A stretch of DNA of 56,857 nt, counting the filler, from Stramenopiles sp. TOSAG23-2 (taxonomy: Eukaryota), in the NCBI GenBank assembly GCA_900128395.1. It is 4 parts of 4 records of this genome, joined end to end, with 100 filler letters (N's around TTAATTAATTAA, not from the genome) between each part and the next. Parts side by side here need not be neighbours in the genome. Positions count along the whole stretch, not along the records: positions 1 to 14,195 come from LT649768.1; positions 14,296 to 28,439 come from LT649769.1; 2 more parts are not named here. One strand, given 5' to 3'. How positions within the stretch are numbered: the stretch's first letter is position 1; each line of letters opens with the position of its first letter. A model generated the notes under the pieces. It did no database searches, was not told where the DNA came from, and saw only the letters and a program-made list of their open reading frames with translations. A program made the translations under genes and the position numbers. Below are positions 9,074 through 20,200 of the stretch, one piece after another.

Positions 9074-12000
9074 ATGAGCCGTGCAAATATCAACCCATTG
9101 CAGAAAGAAGGGAAAAAAATAGAGCGAAAATCATTAAGTAATGGAAGTCTTCAGAAATCCAATAGTGACCTTCATAAATTATCTAGACGTTCTTGGCAAA
9201 AAGTAGAAATAGATGAAAGTGGAAAAATACAAGTATCAAAACCGAACAAGAGACATAAGAAGACAGCTGCGACGATGAGGAAACATAGTACTTCTTTCCA
9301 AACTCTTTTACATGGTACAAAAGACATGGAGACAATCAAGTTGAAAATATCTATAGGTGGTACAGAACAAGAACAATTTAATGTGACAGATTCAGAAACA
9401 ATTGAACCTATATCTATTCGAGTACCTCGAGAAATATTTGATGAAGACAAAACACATTATCAACAAATAACAACGAATAATAATAACAACAACAACAGTA
9501 ATACGACAGCAACAACAAAAACTACTAAACTAGGGAAGAAAAGTAGGAATGAAATATTATGGCGAATATATGATGATCCATATTATCAAAATGCGGCATT
9601 TGATACTCTATTGGCAGAGTCAGCAACTGGAGTTGAAAATTTTGAACTACTTGAAACACGTGATGCTAAAGGGGAAAAAATTATTGAAGTGAAAAAACGA
9701 ACAATAAAAATTACTAGAGAAACGAAAGAGGTATTCTTAGTATTTATTCTTTGTTCGCTTGTTTTTGGATCATGGATAATATATACAATTACAACCCCAG
9801 TGAAGGATCAAACAAAGTTTAATAAATGCAATTTAGCAATGCCTAATTGGTTTCAACCATTATTTTCTAACCCTGATAAAGATCATATAATACAATTAAA
9901 ATGTAATCAAGTGATGTACCTTTTTCATAACATATATGTTTCAATCGGTTTTTATACAGGATTTTTGTTTCTTGCTGGTTTGAGAGAATTATATGGACAT
10001 AAATGCAATGGGAAAAGAAGACGATTGTATTTAAATGCTAGCCAAAAAAGTATAAATACTAGAATAGATTGTATATTAGTTATCCTTGGTATCATACAAT
10101 TAATATTATATGGTAATCATGTTGATAATTCAAATCTTTATTTGAAAAATACGAAACTTGAGCACTGGGAATTTATTGTTCAATTTGTTATTGATTGTAT
10201 ATTTGGTCTCATATTTGTATACCAATTTTATATGGCAAAATACATGAACGTAAGGTATATTTCTTACATGTCTCAATTTCCAAACATCATTGCTGTGCTA
10301 TCAATCACATCATCCATAATACATTTAACGTATTGTCTTGATAATTTATATGAGGAAACCGGGCCGTACTCTTTGTCATTTTTAAGAACATATTATTACA
10401 GTGTGTCCTTTAAACGTTTATTGAATGATAAAACTATTCGGCACAGATTGTACTTGGATTCGGATATAATTAAACAATTAATACAAGCAAGTTGGAATAT
10501 AATAGAATTCGTAATAGTAATGGCTGGGATGATCCAAATGTTAGAAGGGATTGATCAGGAAGAAAGTTATTTTGAATCTATTGGTGTTAGTATGTACTTC
10601 ATATTTGTAACTATGAGTACTGTGGGTTACGGTGATATTTTACCACTCACGTTTACTGGGCGATTATTTACTATATTCTTAATTTTTGCGGGGATTATTA
10701 AATTCGCTATAGAAACTAAAACGTTGCAGGATATATATGAGAAAGATAATAAAGGGCAAGGCAGTGCGCCAATTAGTTTTGCACATTGCAAACGGGCGCT
10801 TTTGGTAGGTGATATTAGCAGCGAATCACTGAGGCATTTCCTTACTAATTTTTTCCACCCGTCCATTAAAAGCAGTGCTGCTTATCGCGTGATTGTAATG
10901 GTAGAGCCAATTTATTACAGCAAAAGTGATCATGATTTTTTGCGCCAGCATCCATTATATAAATATCATGTTGTTTATTTAGTTGGGAATGTAACGAAGG
11001 ATGAAGATCTGGAACGATGTATGTTAGATATTTTTACACCCGTATTTATTGTCTCTGATCCGTCACAAGATATAGCTGATTCTGGCAATGTTGTTCGAGT
11101 AATGGCAATCCAAAAATATAGAAAACAGAGGGGAAATATATTTGCAGTTGTTCAACAAAAATCTTCCATTAATCATTTAAAAGTTGCTGGGCTAAGTCCA
11201 TGGTCTGCAGCTGCGTTAGATGATACAAAAATGGAATTATTAGCAAAAAGCGTTGTATGCCCTGGTATCATTCCATTAGTGTTTAATTTATTATTGCCTA
11301 CGTCTGGTAATATTTCAGAAGCCGAAACGCAAGAATCACTTTTAGGGATCGAAGGTATTGAGGATGCAGATAATTTTTTCGTGGCAACTGATTCTAACGA
11401 TGGTGATCTTCAAGGAGATGAAGATATTGGGTTAGTAGCATGGGAAAAAGAATATATATACGGTTTAGAGCAAGATATGATGCAAATTGATGTTCCTAAT
11501 ATGGTGGAAGGCATTGAATTCTTTAAAGCGGTTATCATGTTGCGAAAAGAAACATCCGGACATTTATGTTTAATTGGATTATTTGATACAGAAAAGCAAC
11601 GTCATGTATTTGTTCCAAGCCACCAAACTACTAATATTGAAAAACATAAGCATAAATGTTTAATAATAGTTCGTGAAAAAAGTTGTTTAAAGAAACTGTA
11701 TCAAGATGACGAAAATGTAAATAATGCAAACTACATCACAAGTTTGATTTCAAAGCAACATTCTCATTATTGCTCTGTTTCTAGAAAATTAGATCAACAA
11801 GAAAGTAATAACGTAAATAGAGCAAGACAAAGGGGTAGTAGTAATTTCGATACGATAGATTACAAAGAGTCAGCTGTAAATTTACTAGAAAAAGAAATAG
11901 AACAAGATGAAAAGAAGATTTATAAAGAAATAACACAAGAGGTCATTCAAGAAATGGTTGAACGCGCGGTGTCATCGATTATAAAGGCAGGACTTGATTG

Positions 12001-13624
12001 GACAGAGCGATTATTTGTCGATGTAGGAGCATCGTCAGGTGGTAAATATAGTTCATTAAGTCATACAGCTAGTAATTTATTTAAATTGCGAGATCCAACA
12101 CCACCTCATATTCCAGAGACAGGGTTGAAAGATCATGTTATTATTATTGGTGAAAATTTTGATCCATCTAGTTTCAAAGCGTTTGTTGCAAATCTTCAAT
12201 CAAAAAAACAAAAAGCCAAACGTAAAGTGAAAGATATTGTTATTTTGAGCAGATTTGAGCAACGTAAATCGTTATGGAGGCTAATTTTAATACATTATAA
12301 AAATGTTTATTATGTACAAGGTGATTTTACCCAGCCGCAAGATCTATTGCGTGCTGGTGTCATGACTGCATCAAATGTATTTCTACTGGCAGATCCATCT
12401 GAAAATGAAGATGGTCCAATAACAGATTCAAATGCTGCAAACGATGCTGTGCATTTAGACAAAGCGAGAATATTTTCTACACTGATGCTTGAAGGTGCGT
12501 TAAAAGCATTAGGTAATGACCGGTTAGAAATCGGCATTATAACAGAATTCATGGATTTACAAAATTTAAATTATATGTTGACAAAGGCAAGGTACGATGT
12601 ATGGCCAAGGTATGCTAGTGGTCGCATTTATCCTGCATCTACATTAATCTCTTTATTATCTCAAGCATATTATCAACCACATATTTTTGGAATTTTAAAT
12701 TCATTGATATCCGTTGAAGATGGATTTTCAAAGCAAAGTCCTGGCACAATAGTACAAACAGACATCCCAAGTTCATTTTTCATTAATAGAATTGCTACGA
12801 TGGAAGAAAAAGATTACGATGCAGATTTTTTATATAATGATTTATTTGAATACATTGTTAATGAATTTAAATGTTTACCAATCGGATTATATCGTGGTAG
12901 TAAATTGAATGCAGCTGGACATCGTGTATCGAACGAATCAAGTACTGCATACTTGCCTTATACATATACAAATCCTGTATACAATTGTCCATTACATGTA
13001 GAAAATCATGTTTTGCATAAAAATTTAGATTTATCAAAATTTAATTTAAAGATTGAAGAGGATCAGGTTGAATTTTCTGGGCATATTCCATTGATTGAGG
13101 AATCATTCTCAGTCAATGATTTAGTAGAATTAGATTTTTACAACCATAACACTAAAACACGTACGAAACATATTTATTCGATACGTAAAGTTAGAAAAAC
13201 AATGATGGATGTTATTACAAGTCATAATAATAATAATAGCAACAGCGACATGGAAAATGAAAGTAAAGATTCTCCTATGAAAACAATTTTATATACAAAA
13301 TTTAAAAGTGGTGATATCCAAAAGTATAATGCTGGCAATGTGACCATTTCTAGATTATGTTACTTTGATCGGTTATTTATAATGGGACGTAGCTCTGCTT
13401 TGCAAAAATTATATTACGATGAATCTGGTTCTGATACTAAATTTATACAAAAAATTGCTGCCATTAAACGTATCCAATTACATAGGAAAAAACTAAAAGC
13501 AAAACGGGCAAGTATTATATTGATGGCAGAAAAAAAAGAGAAGGAAATACTTGCAAAAAAGGGGAAAATAACAACAACAAAGAGTAAAGCACTTATACAT
13601 AAATCGCATTCTAGTGTGAAGTGA
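9074..13624 (+). CDS. Slo/BK-family (RCK-domain) potassium channel alpha subunit, 1516 aa
   Basis: Pore signature YFIFVTMSTVGYGDILP, upstream TM helices, RCK1 (ALLVGDI..FLTNFFHP..YLVGNVTKDEDLER), LLAKSVVCPGIIPLVFNLL, RCK2 (DHVIIIG..VYYVQGD..DLLRAGV), PRYASGRIY..LLSQAYY, LPIGLYR. Confidence 0.9.
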   Translation: MSRANINPLQKEGKKIERKSLSNGSLQKSNSDLHKLSRRSWQKVEIDESGKIQVSKPNKRHKKTAATMRKHSTSFQTLLHGTKDMETIKLKISIGGTEQEQFNVTDSETIEPISIRVPREIFDEDKTHYQQITTNNNNNNNSNTTATTKTTKLGKKSRNEILWRIYDDPYYQNAAFDTLLAESATGVENFELLETRDAKGEKIIEVKKRTIKITRETKEVFLVFILCSLVFGSWIIYTITTPVKDQTKFNKCNLAMPNWFQPLFSNPDKDHIIQLKCNQVMYLFHNIYVSIGFYTGFLFLAGLRELYGHKCNGKRRRLYLNASQKSINTRIDCILVILGIIQLILYGNHVDNSNLYLKNTKLEHWEFIVQFVIDCIFGLIFVYQFYMAKYMNVRYISYMSQFPNIIAVLSITSSIIHLTYCLDNLYEETGPYSLSFLRTYYYSVSFKRLLNDKTIRHRLYLDSDIIKQLIQASWNIIEFVIVMAGMIQMLEGIDQEESYFESIGVSMYFIFVTMSTVGYGDILPLTFTGRLFTIFLIFAGIIKFAIETKTLQDIYEKDNKGQGSAPISFAHCKRALLVGDISSESLRHFLTNFFHPSIKSSAAYRVIVMVEPIYYSKSDHDFLRQHPLYKYHVVYLVGNVTKDEDLERCMLDIFTPVFIVSDPSQDIADSGNVVRVMAIQKYRKQRGNIFAVVQQKSSINHLKVAGLSPWSAAALDDTKMELLAKSVVCPGIIPLVFNLLLPTSGNISEAETQESLLGIEGIEDADNFFVATDSNDGDLQGDEDIGLVAWEKEYIYGLEQDMMQIDVPNMVEGIEFFKAVIMLRKETSGHLCLIGLFDTEKQRHVFVPSHQTTNIEKHKHKCLIIVREKSCLKKLYQDDENVNNANYITSLISKQHSHYCSVSRKLDQQESNNVNRARQRGSSNFDTIDYKESAVNLLEKEIEQDEKKIYKEITQEVIQEMVERAVSSIIKAGLDWTERLFVDVGASSGGKYSSLSHTASNLFKLRDPTPPHIPETGLKDHVIIIGENFDPSSFKAFVANLQSKKQKAKRKVKDIVILSRFEQRKSLWRLILIHYKNVYYVQGDFTQPQDLLRAGVMTASNVFLLADPSENEDGPITDSNAANDAVHLDKARIFSTLMLEGALKALGNDRLEIGIITEFMDLQNLNYMLTKARYDVWPRYASGRIYPASTLISLLSQAYYQPHIFGILNSLISVEDGFSKQSPGTIVQTDIPSSFFINRIATMEEKDYDADFLYNDLFEYIVNEFKCLPIGLYRGSKLNAAGHRVSNESSTAYLPYTYTNPVYNCPLHVENHVLHKNLDLSKFNLKIEEDQVEFSGHIPLIEESFSVNDLVELDFYNHNTKTRTKHIYSIRKVRKTMMDVITSHNNNNSNSDMENESKDSPMKTILYTKFKSGDIQKYNAGNVTISRLCYFDRLFIMGRSSALQKLYYDESGSDTKFIQKIAAIKRIQLHRKKLKAKRASIILMAEKKEKEILAKKGKITTTKSKALIHKSHSSVK

Positions 13625-13831
13625 GAAAAGTCGCGTGTAATTAATGTTTTTTTTTGTGTGTTAAAGAGTAGTGTGTGAAAGTTGTATCATACGTAACAAT
13701 TTTTGGTTTTTATGTACTTTATTTATATATGTATGCTAAAGAGAGATACGGTACTTCGTTATTATATTTTTACAGTACTTTTTATCACTTTTATACACAC
13801 TTCACACACAAGGGAAAAGGACGAACTACTT

Positions 13832-14194
13832 TTACGTTAATGCATCTTCGCAATCTTGTATATCATTTATTGTTCGTTTTGTATCAGGATGATCTTTACC
13901 GAATTTATTCATTCGTATTGGTAATGCTTTGTTGTAATATTCTAATGCTTCTTTGTATTTGGATTGATTTTTATATAAGTCACCAATGTTAAAATATGAT
14001 TGCGCAACATCAGTATGATCATTACCTAATTTATTTATACGAATATCTAATGATTTATTATAATATTCTAATGCTTCATCATATTTATTTTGTGAATAAT
14101 AAACTACTGCTATATTATTATATGATTCTGCAACCTTAGTATGATCATTACCTAATTTATTTATACGAATATCTAATGATTTATTATAATATTC
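13832..14194 (-). CDS. 3' end of a 42-aa TPR-repeat protein (kinesin-light-chain/NPHP3-like TPR), truncated by the contig end; absent from the ORF track
   Basis: Manual translation: EYYNKSLDIRINKLGNDHTKVAESYNNIAVVYYSQNKYDEAL / EYYNKSLDIRINKLGNDHTDVAQSYFNIGDLYKNQSKYKEAL / EYYNKALPIRMNKFGKDHPDTKRTINDIQDCEDALT*. Stop at 13832-13834; DNA period 126 bp. Confidence 0.9.
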   Translation of the reverse strand, partial: EYYNKSLDIRINKLGNDHTKVAESYNNIAVVYYSQNKYDEALEYYNKSLDIRINKLGNDHTDVAQSYFNIGDLYKNQSKYKEALEYYNKALPIRMNKFGKDHPDTKRTINDIQDCEDALT

Positions 14195-14195
14195 T

Positions 14196-14295
14196 NNNNN
14201 NNNNNNNNNNNNNNNNNNNNNNNNNNNNNNNNNNNNNNNTTAATTAATTAANNNNNNNNNNNNNNNNNNNNNNNNNNNNNNNNNNNNNNNNNNNN
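14196..14295. other. Artificial contig-joining linker (44N-TTAATTAATTAA-44N)
   Basis: Exactly 100 bp; the central 12-mer gives stops in all six frames; identical to the other two linkers. Confidence 0.98.
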
Positions 14296-14296
14296 A

Positions 14297-17200
14297 GAAT
14301 GGATAGCACTATTTTGGGAATATGTTCATACAAAATTAAATTCAAATTTAAAATTATTTGAAAATGGCTGTCCATTGGTTCCTACAGTTGACCATAAACT
14401 TTACACTATAAAACGCGCATTACCTATCTTAATTTTGGATTCTTCCACCACATCATCTAATGACGAAGTCAATGTAGACAATAAGGATAGCCCTTCAAAA
14501 GATAGCAAGGGAGACGAAGCCGATGCATACGTAAATAACACTGGAGACGAAGACACGAGTTCAGGCAATGCCAGGCAAACGAAACAAGAGAAGGAAAAGG
14601 AAGAACAGGTAATAAACGTATTGAAAGACATAGGTGTCACGTGCATTGATTTAAGTCTCAGTGGTGGAGCAGATGCTACAAGGCGCCTTGCACCTAGATA
14701 TATACAAGAACCAAAGCGAAAAGGTATTCTTGAAGTAATAAATAGTGTTGTTGCAATTAGAAATAGTAAATATTCTGATGTATTTAATCATGTTGATTCA
14801 ACTGGACGAAATATTTTGAGAATTTTTTTAGCAAGTGAAGATGTTGATAAATTGTCAATGCGTGAATGTAAAATTATAAGTCGATTGCCTATTTATGAGA
14901 CGTATGAAAAAAACTCAAATAGTGACAATAGAAACGTATCTACATACAAATCATTGACTCGGAATAACAGATACTTGAACGCCAAAGTGTTAGACATACA
15001 CGAAGATGCTATACCTTCTAATTTTTTGAAAACGAAATCGTCTACGGAATTGCAGCTCCTAAGAAAATTAGGTGTTCCATCGGTTGATGAGGTGACATTC
15101 TGCGTTGAACATTTATTCTCCAATATCAATTCGCTTGAAAGTGGGCCACGTAATGAGACAATGCTTAGCATACTTGTCAACTTTGCTCGTATTTGTAACG
15201 AGTCAAAAGAATTTGCTGTTATTTTACGTGACATTCCATTTGTTCCCGATGTAGAAGGAGAGTTGCACAAACCTAGTGAACTGTACGACATTGAAATACC
15301 TGAATTAAGACTACTATTGAAAGATGAACAGCACGTTTTTCCTTGTGAAATGTTTGCTGCACCGATGGTACTATCTTCTCTACGAAAATTAGGTTTGCGG
15401 GATGTATTGTCACGTACAACAATTTTAGAATGCGCTTCTTCAATATCACTAATTGATAAATTAGATGTTGAATCTATCCGTAAAAGGGCTACTTGTTTAT
15501 TGCGATATGTAGACGGGCACAGCAAAGACTTATTTACTGTTCCAAAACGCAGCTTGTTATCAACGTTGACGATGAAAAGTGATTCCCCATCAAAAAATGC
15601 TGCTGGTCAGATAGAAAGATTTTCACAAGAATTAATGGGCATTTCATGGGTACCTGTCATAACAAGTAACCCTAATGAAAATTTGCCATGGCGAGACGGT
15701 GGTGTTGGAAAGTTGGAAACGCGGCTACCGCGTGAAGTAAGACCAGAAAGTGAAATGTGGCTTTGCTCATACTCCTTAGGAATATTGCGCGGTAATATCC
15801 AGTCTCTCTATCTTAAACAATTTTTCGGATGGGACAAGACGATTGATCCACGTATTGTTGCAATGCAATTAGTAGTTTTAGGCCAATCTTACATACCAAG
15901 TGAACAACTTAGTCGAGAACTATCGATACAAGTACCAAAATTGTATAAATCACTCTCCAATAGTTGCGCTGCAAACCCTAATGCAATACAAAATATAAAA
16001 CAAATTTTAAGTGGCACTAAATGGGTGTGGTGCGGCGATTCATTTGTTGCGGATGAAGATGTTGCATTTCTAACTCCAGTGAATGCCAAACCTCATCTTT
16101 ACAAAGTGCCTAGAGACATGGCAATTGGTTTTGGAAATTTATTTAAAAATCTAGGAGTCAGAGAAGAGTTTGGATTCGCTGATTTTGCAAATGCATTGTC
16201 AAGAATGCATTTGAAATACAAAGATAAACCTTTGGAAAAGTTGGATGTCGACATTGCTGTATCTCTTGTGCAAGAACTTAGTAACACACCCATAAAGGCG
16301 GCTAATTTTGAAATATTTGCACCGAACGAAGATAATGTCATGATGCCAACCAGAGCAATGGTGTATGATGATGCTCCATGGTTGTCAAAGCGTGCTATTG
16401 CCACAAGTAGTGGTAACAATACTCAGTTTATCCACCCTAAAATATCAAACGAAGTTGCAAAAAATGTAGAAGCAAAATCCTTCCGCTCTACTTTAATTGC
16501 AAATGAGACAGAAGATTTACTAGATGATTTTGATGCTACCTCATTCGGACAAGTAGAGCCGTTGACAGGACGATTAAATCATATTCTTCAATTGTATCCG
16601 GAAGGCCCAGGTATTATTAATGAATTAATTCAAAATGCCGATGATGCTCGTGCTACAGAATTTTCTGTCATGCTTAACTTAGAAGAGTATGGGAAAAATT
16701 CATTGCTTGGGCCAAAAATGTCAAAATGGCAAGGACCAGCGCTTTATGTGTATAATAATGCAACATTTAGCAATCAAGATTTTGCAAATCTAGTCAAAAT
16801 TGGCCAAGCCAGTAAGCTTGAAAAACTAAGTACGACAGGCCGTTTTGGATTAGGTTTTAATTCTGTTTATCATTTTACAGATTTACCGTCTTTTGTTACT
16901 GGTGACCATGTAGTGATGTTTGACCCACATACAGACTATATTCCTCGTGCTACACATCAACAACCTGGCTTAAAATTGAAGTTTTCTAAAAGTAAAATTA
17001 TGGATCAATTTCCTGATCAATTCACACCGTATTTATTTTTTGGAAATGATATGCGCAATTATTATAACGGTACATTGTTTCGATTTCCGTTGCGGTCAGT
17101 AGGTAATGCAAGTTTAATCAAGACCCAACCATACACAGTAAGTGATGTAAACAGTTTGATAGAACAATTTAAACAAAATATTGTTCATTCAATGGTTTTT

Positions 17201-20200
17201 CTTAGGCATATAAAGAAAATTTCTGTTTATGTAAATGATGGCTCTACAAATGTTGGAGAAAAAAAGAGTGTTAAGGATGGAGTGAAAAAAGAAGATGGAA
17301 GTAACAATGTTAATTTAAATAAACCGCGATTATTATATCAAGCATTCGTATCAAAACGCGACGATGAGAAGTGGTCAAGCATCTCAAATTTTTTAAAAAC
17401 GGCGACTTCTAAAGCATCAATGTATGCAAAACTTCTCCGCACACCAGAGTCGGAGTTGCCAAGCTTAACACAGCAAGTTGAAATTAAGAGTCAGTATATG
17501 AATGTGCATAATAAAAGTAGTACTGAGCAACTCGACACATATTTAATTGTGCAACGCCTAGGTGGAGGTAATGCTAGGAAAATAGCTTGCTCAAAAGAAC
17601 TGTCGCATATGAAATTAGTACCTTGGGGAGGAGTCGCTGCACATTTGAATACAGAGACAAAGCGTGTTGGTAAAGCATTTTGTTTCTTGCCATTGCCCGC
17701 AGAAACTGGATTGCCGATACACGTCCATGGGTACTTTGAATTATCTTCTAATAGGCGCAACATATGGTTCGGAGATGATATGGCTGGCGAGGGGGCAATC
17801 AAAGCAAAGTGGAATGTAGCGTTGTTGCAGGATGTCGTGTCGCCGTGTTATAAGCAATTATTGCTAGCAGCAAGGGACATAAATATATTATTTTCCAGCA
17901 ACGACAATACCACCGAAGGTACATCGCAAATGGGCTATTACAGTCTTTTCCCTCGGAAAATGCCTAGTGGCCCATGGGAAGTGTTAACAAAAGCATTTTT
18001 TGAAACCATTCAAAATTCACCATTGCTATATTCGTTGATGGACAATGGCCAATGGATTGCACCAAGGCAAGCATATTTAGTGGAAAAGGGATTATTTCCC
18101 AGTAAGACTGAGGCAAAACTAATTAAGTTATTGCTGCAAGAGAACATTCCGATTGTTGATCTGAAAGATGATGAAGTCACAAAACTTTTACTTGAATACA
18201 AATGTGTCCAGCAACAATTGTCACCAAAAGAAATTCGAGCACATTTTAAAAGAAGGCAAAAGCATCCAATTTTAAATAATCGTTACGACGCCATGTTTAT
18301 TCTTGATATTTGCTTACAAGATTTGCAAAATAAGGACAAAGATGGTGACTATTCGGATTTAATTGGTTTGCCATTACTTCCATTAGCAGATGGCTCACTT
18401 TCTGTTTTCAAAGGCGCAAATTCCAATTCTTCTGTATTTGTATGTTCTAGATGGAATGAAACAAGGTTATTGGAGCCTGCCAGTGACAAACTAGTAGATC
18501 CGAAAGTTATTGGGGAAAGTGATGAAAAAAAACCAGTTGATACAGCATTTCACTTAATTGCAAAAGCATTGCGACCATATTATACACCCGAAATCGAACA
18601 AGAGACAAATTTAAAGCAATTGACCCCGGATGCATTTGCATTTCTACTTTCTTACATCCTTCCAATGGAATGGAAAGGAAAGCAAGAAGTGCTATGGGTA
18701 CCTGGTGATTCTTTTTCTCAAAAAAAACAAGTTCGAGGAAATAATAATGTTGATAAAGCCGCATTTATAAGTGAATTATGGATGACTCGATTATGGCGAT
18801 TCCTTAACGAATGCTCCGAAAATGGTATTTACAGCGATGATGAAATGGAGTGTTTTATCAATGAATGGCCTTTATTGCCAACAAAGCAACCAAAAGCAAG
18901 AACATTGATGAGTTTAAAGGAAAATATGGCTGTAATCAATCCCAACGGCCTCAGTCCGACGCTTTGTAATCTGTTTGCTAGGATTGGAGTTAGAGCAGTT
19001 GATACGCGTATATTGCCGAGTCCACCAGAGCGTTTTGTACAATCTGCAAAGCCAAGTGGCTGCCTGAAAGTAATTTATCATAGTGTACAAGGTGAGTTAT
19101 CAATGTTGCCAGACAGATTTTTAATTTTATCTCCTCTTGCATTGCAAGAGTTGCGTGAGTATTTAGGCACATTTAAATGGAAAAGATACCGCGAAAATAA
19201 AAAGAGGAGAGAGCAAGGTGAAGACGATACGGAGGAATTAAATTATTTAGATATCATGCGGGCATTGCCAATTTACGAAGTTTATGGCAATGCAAATAAC
19301 ATTAATTCTAAGATGAGCCAAGAGCAATGCTTTCAAGCTCTCTCCGACGAGCATTATCTTGTACCGGAGTATTTAAAAATCTTTGAAAAAATATTGAATT
19401 CTAGATTCTTAGTTACGCATACAAGTAGAGATAAGACTTTATTGTTAAGTTTAGGTGTAGAAGAACGCGATATACCAACCAGTGTGATTGCGGAACAGCT
19501 GGTTCACATGGGGCGAAAGAAAAGAGATGAAATAGATGCAGAATTGGAGCGTACTTTGAATAACAACATTGTTGATCTGTACCTAAAGCTTGCTAATCTC
19601 GCTGCTGAATCCCCAGAAGAGTTGGAGACTTTGAAAAATATTTTACAAGATGCTGCTTGGATATGGATAAATGGCAAGTTTATGAAAGCTGAATCAGTTG
19701 CGTTTCGGTGCCCACAAAATGCAGCCCCGTTTTTATACGAAGTTCCAGCATACGTTAAAGCAGATGGAAATATCAGTAATTTATGGTCTGCATTAGGTGT
19801 TCGAGCTGAATTTGCTGCCTCCGATTTTGTGGTTGCATTGCAAAAGTTACGGACTTTTGTCGGAGAGAATCCAATGGAAAAAGGACAACTTGATTTTGCT
19901 GTTGCGTTACTTCAAATGTTAGCTGAAAATGATCTTGAGACAAGAAAAGAAGTTGCTAAAACACAAGGTGTATTGTTTGTACCAGATGAAGATTCAGTGT
20001 TGCGCCCATCAGGCATGGTTGTATACAACGATGCGGAATGGTTAAAAATTTCAAATGCTCGATATAAATTATGTCACAGCAATATTAGTGATACTGTTGC
20101 TTCTAAGGTTGGAATCCGTTCATTGCGCTCGTTAGAGTTAGAAACAAGGAAAGATATGAAAGAATTTAGCTGCCCTGGTGCATCTAGTATCAATATACAC

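Noticed and set aside
14240-14251. TTAATTAATTAA palindrome inside N runs (also 28484-28495 and 42698-42709) as a biological site
   Set aside because: Identical 100-bp context three times; a six-frame-stop concatenation linker.
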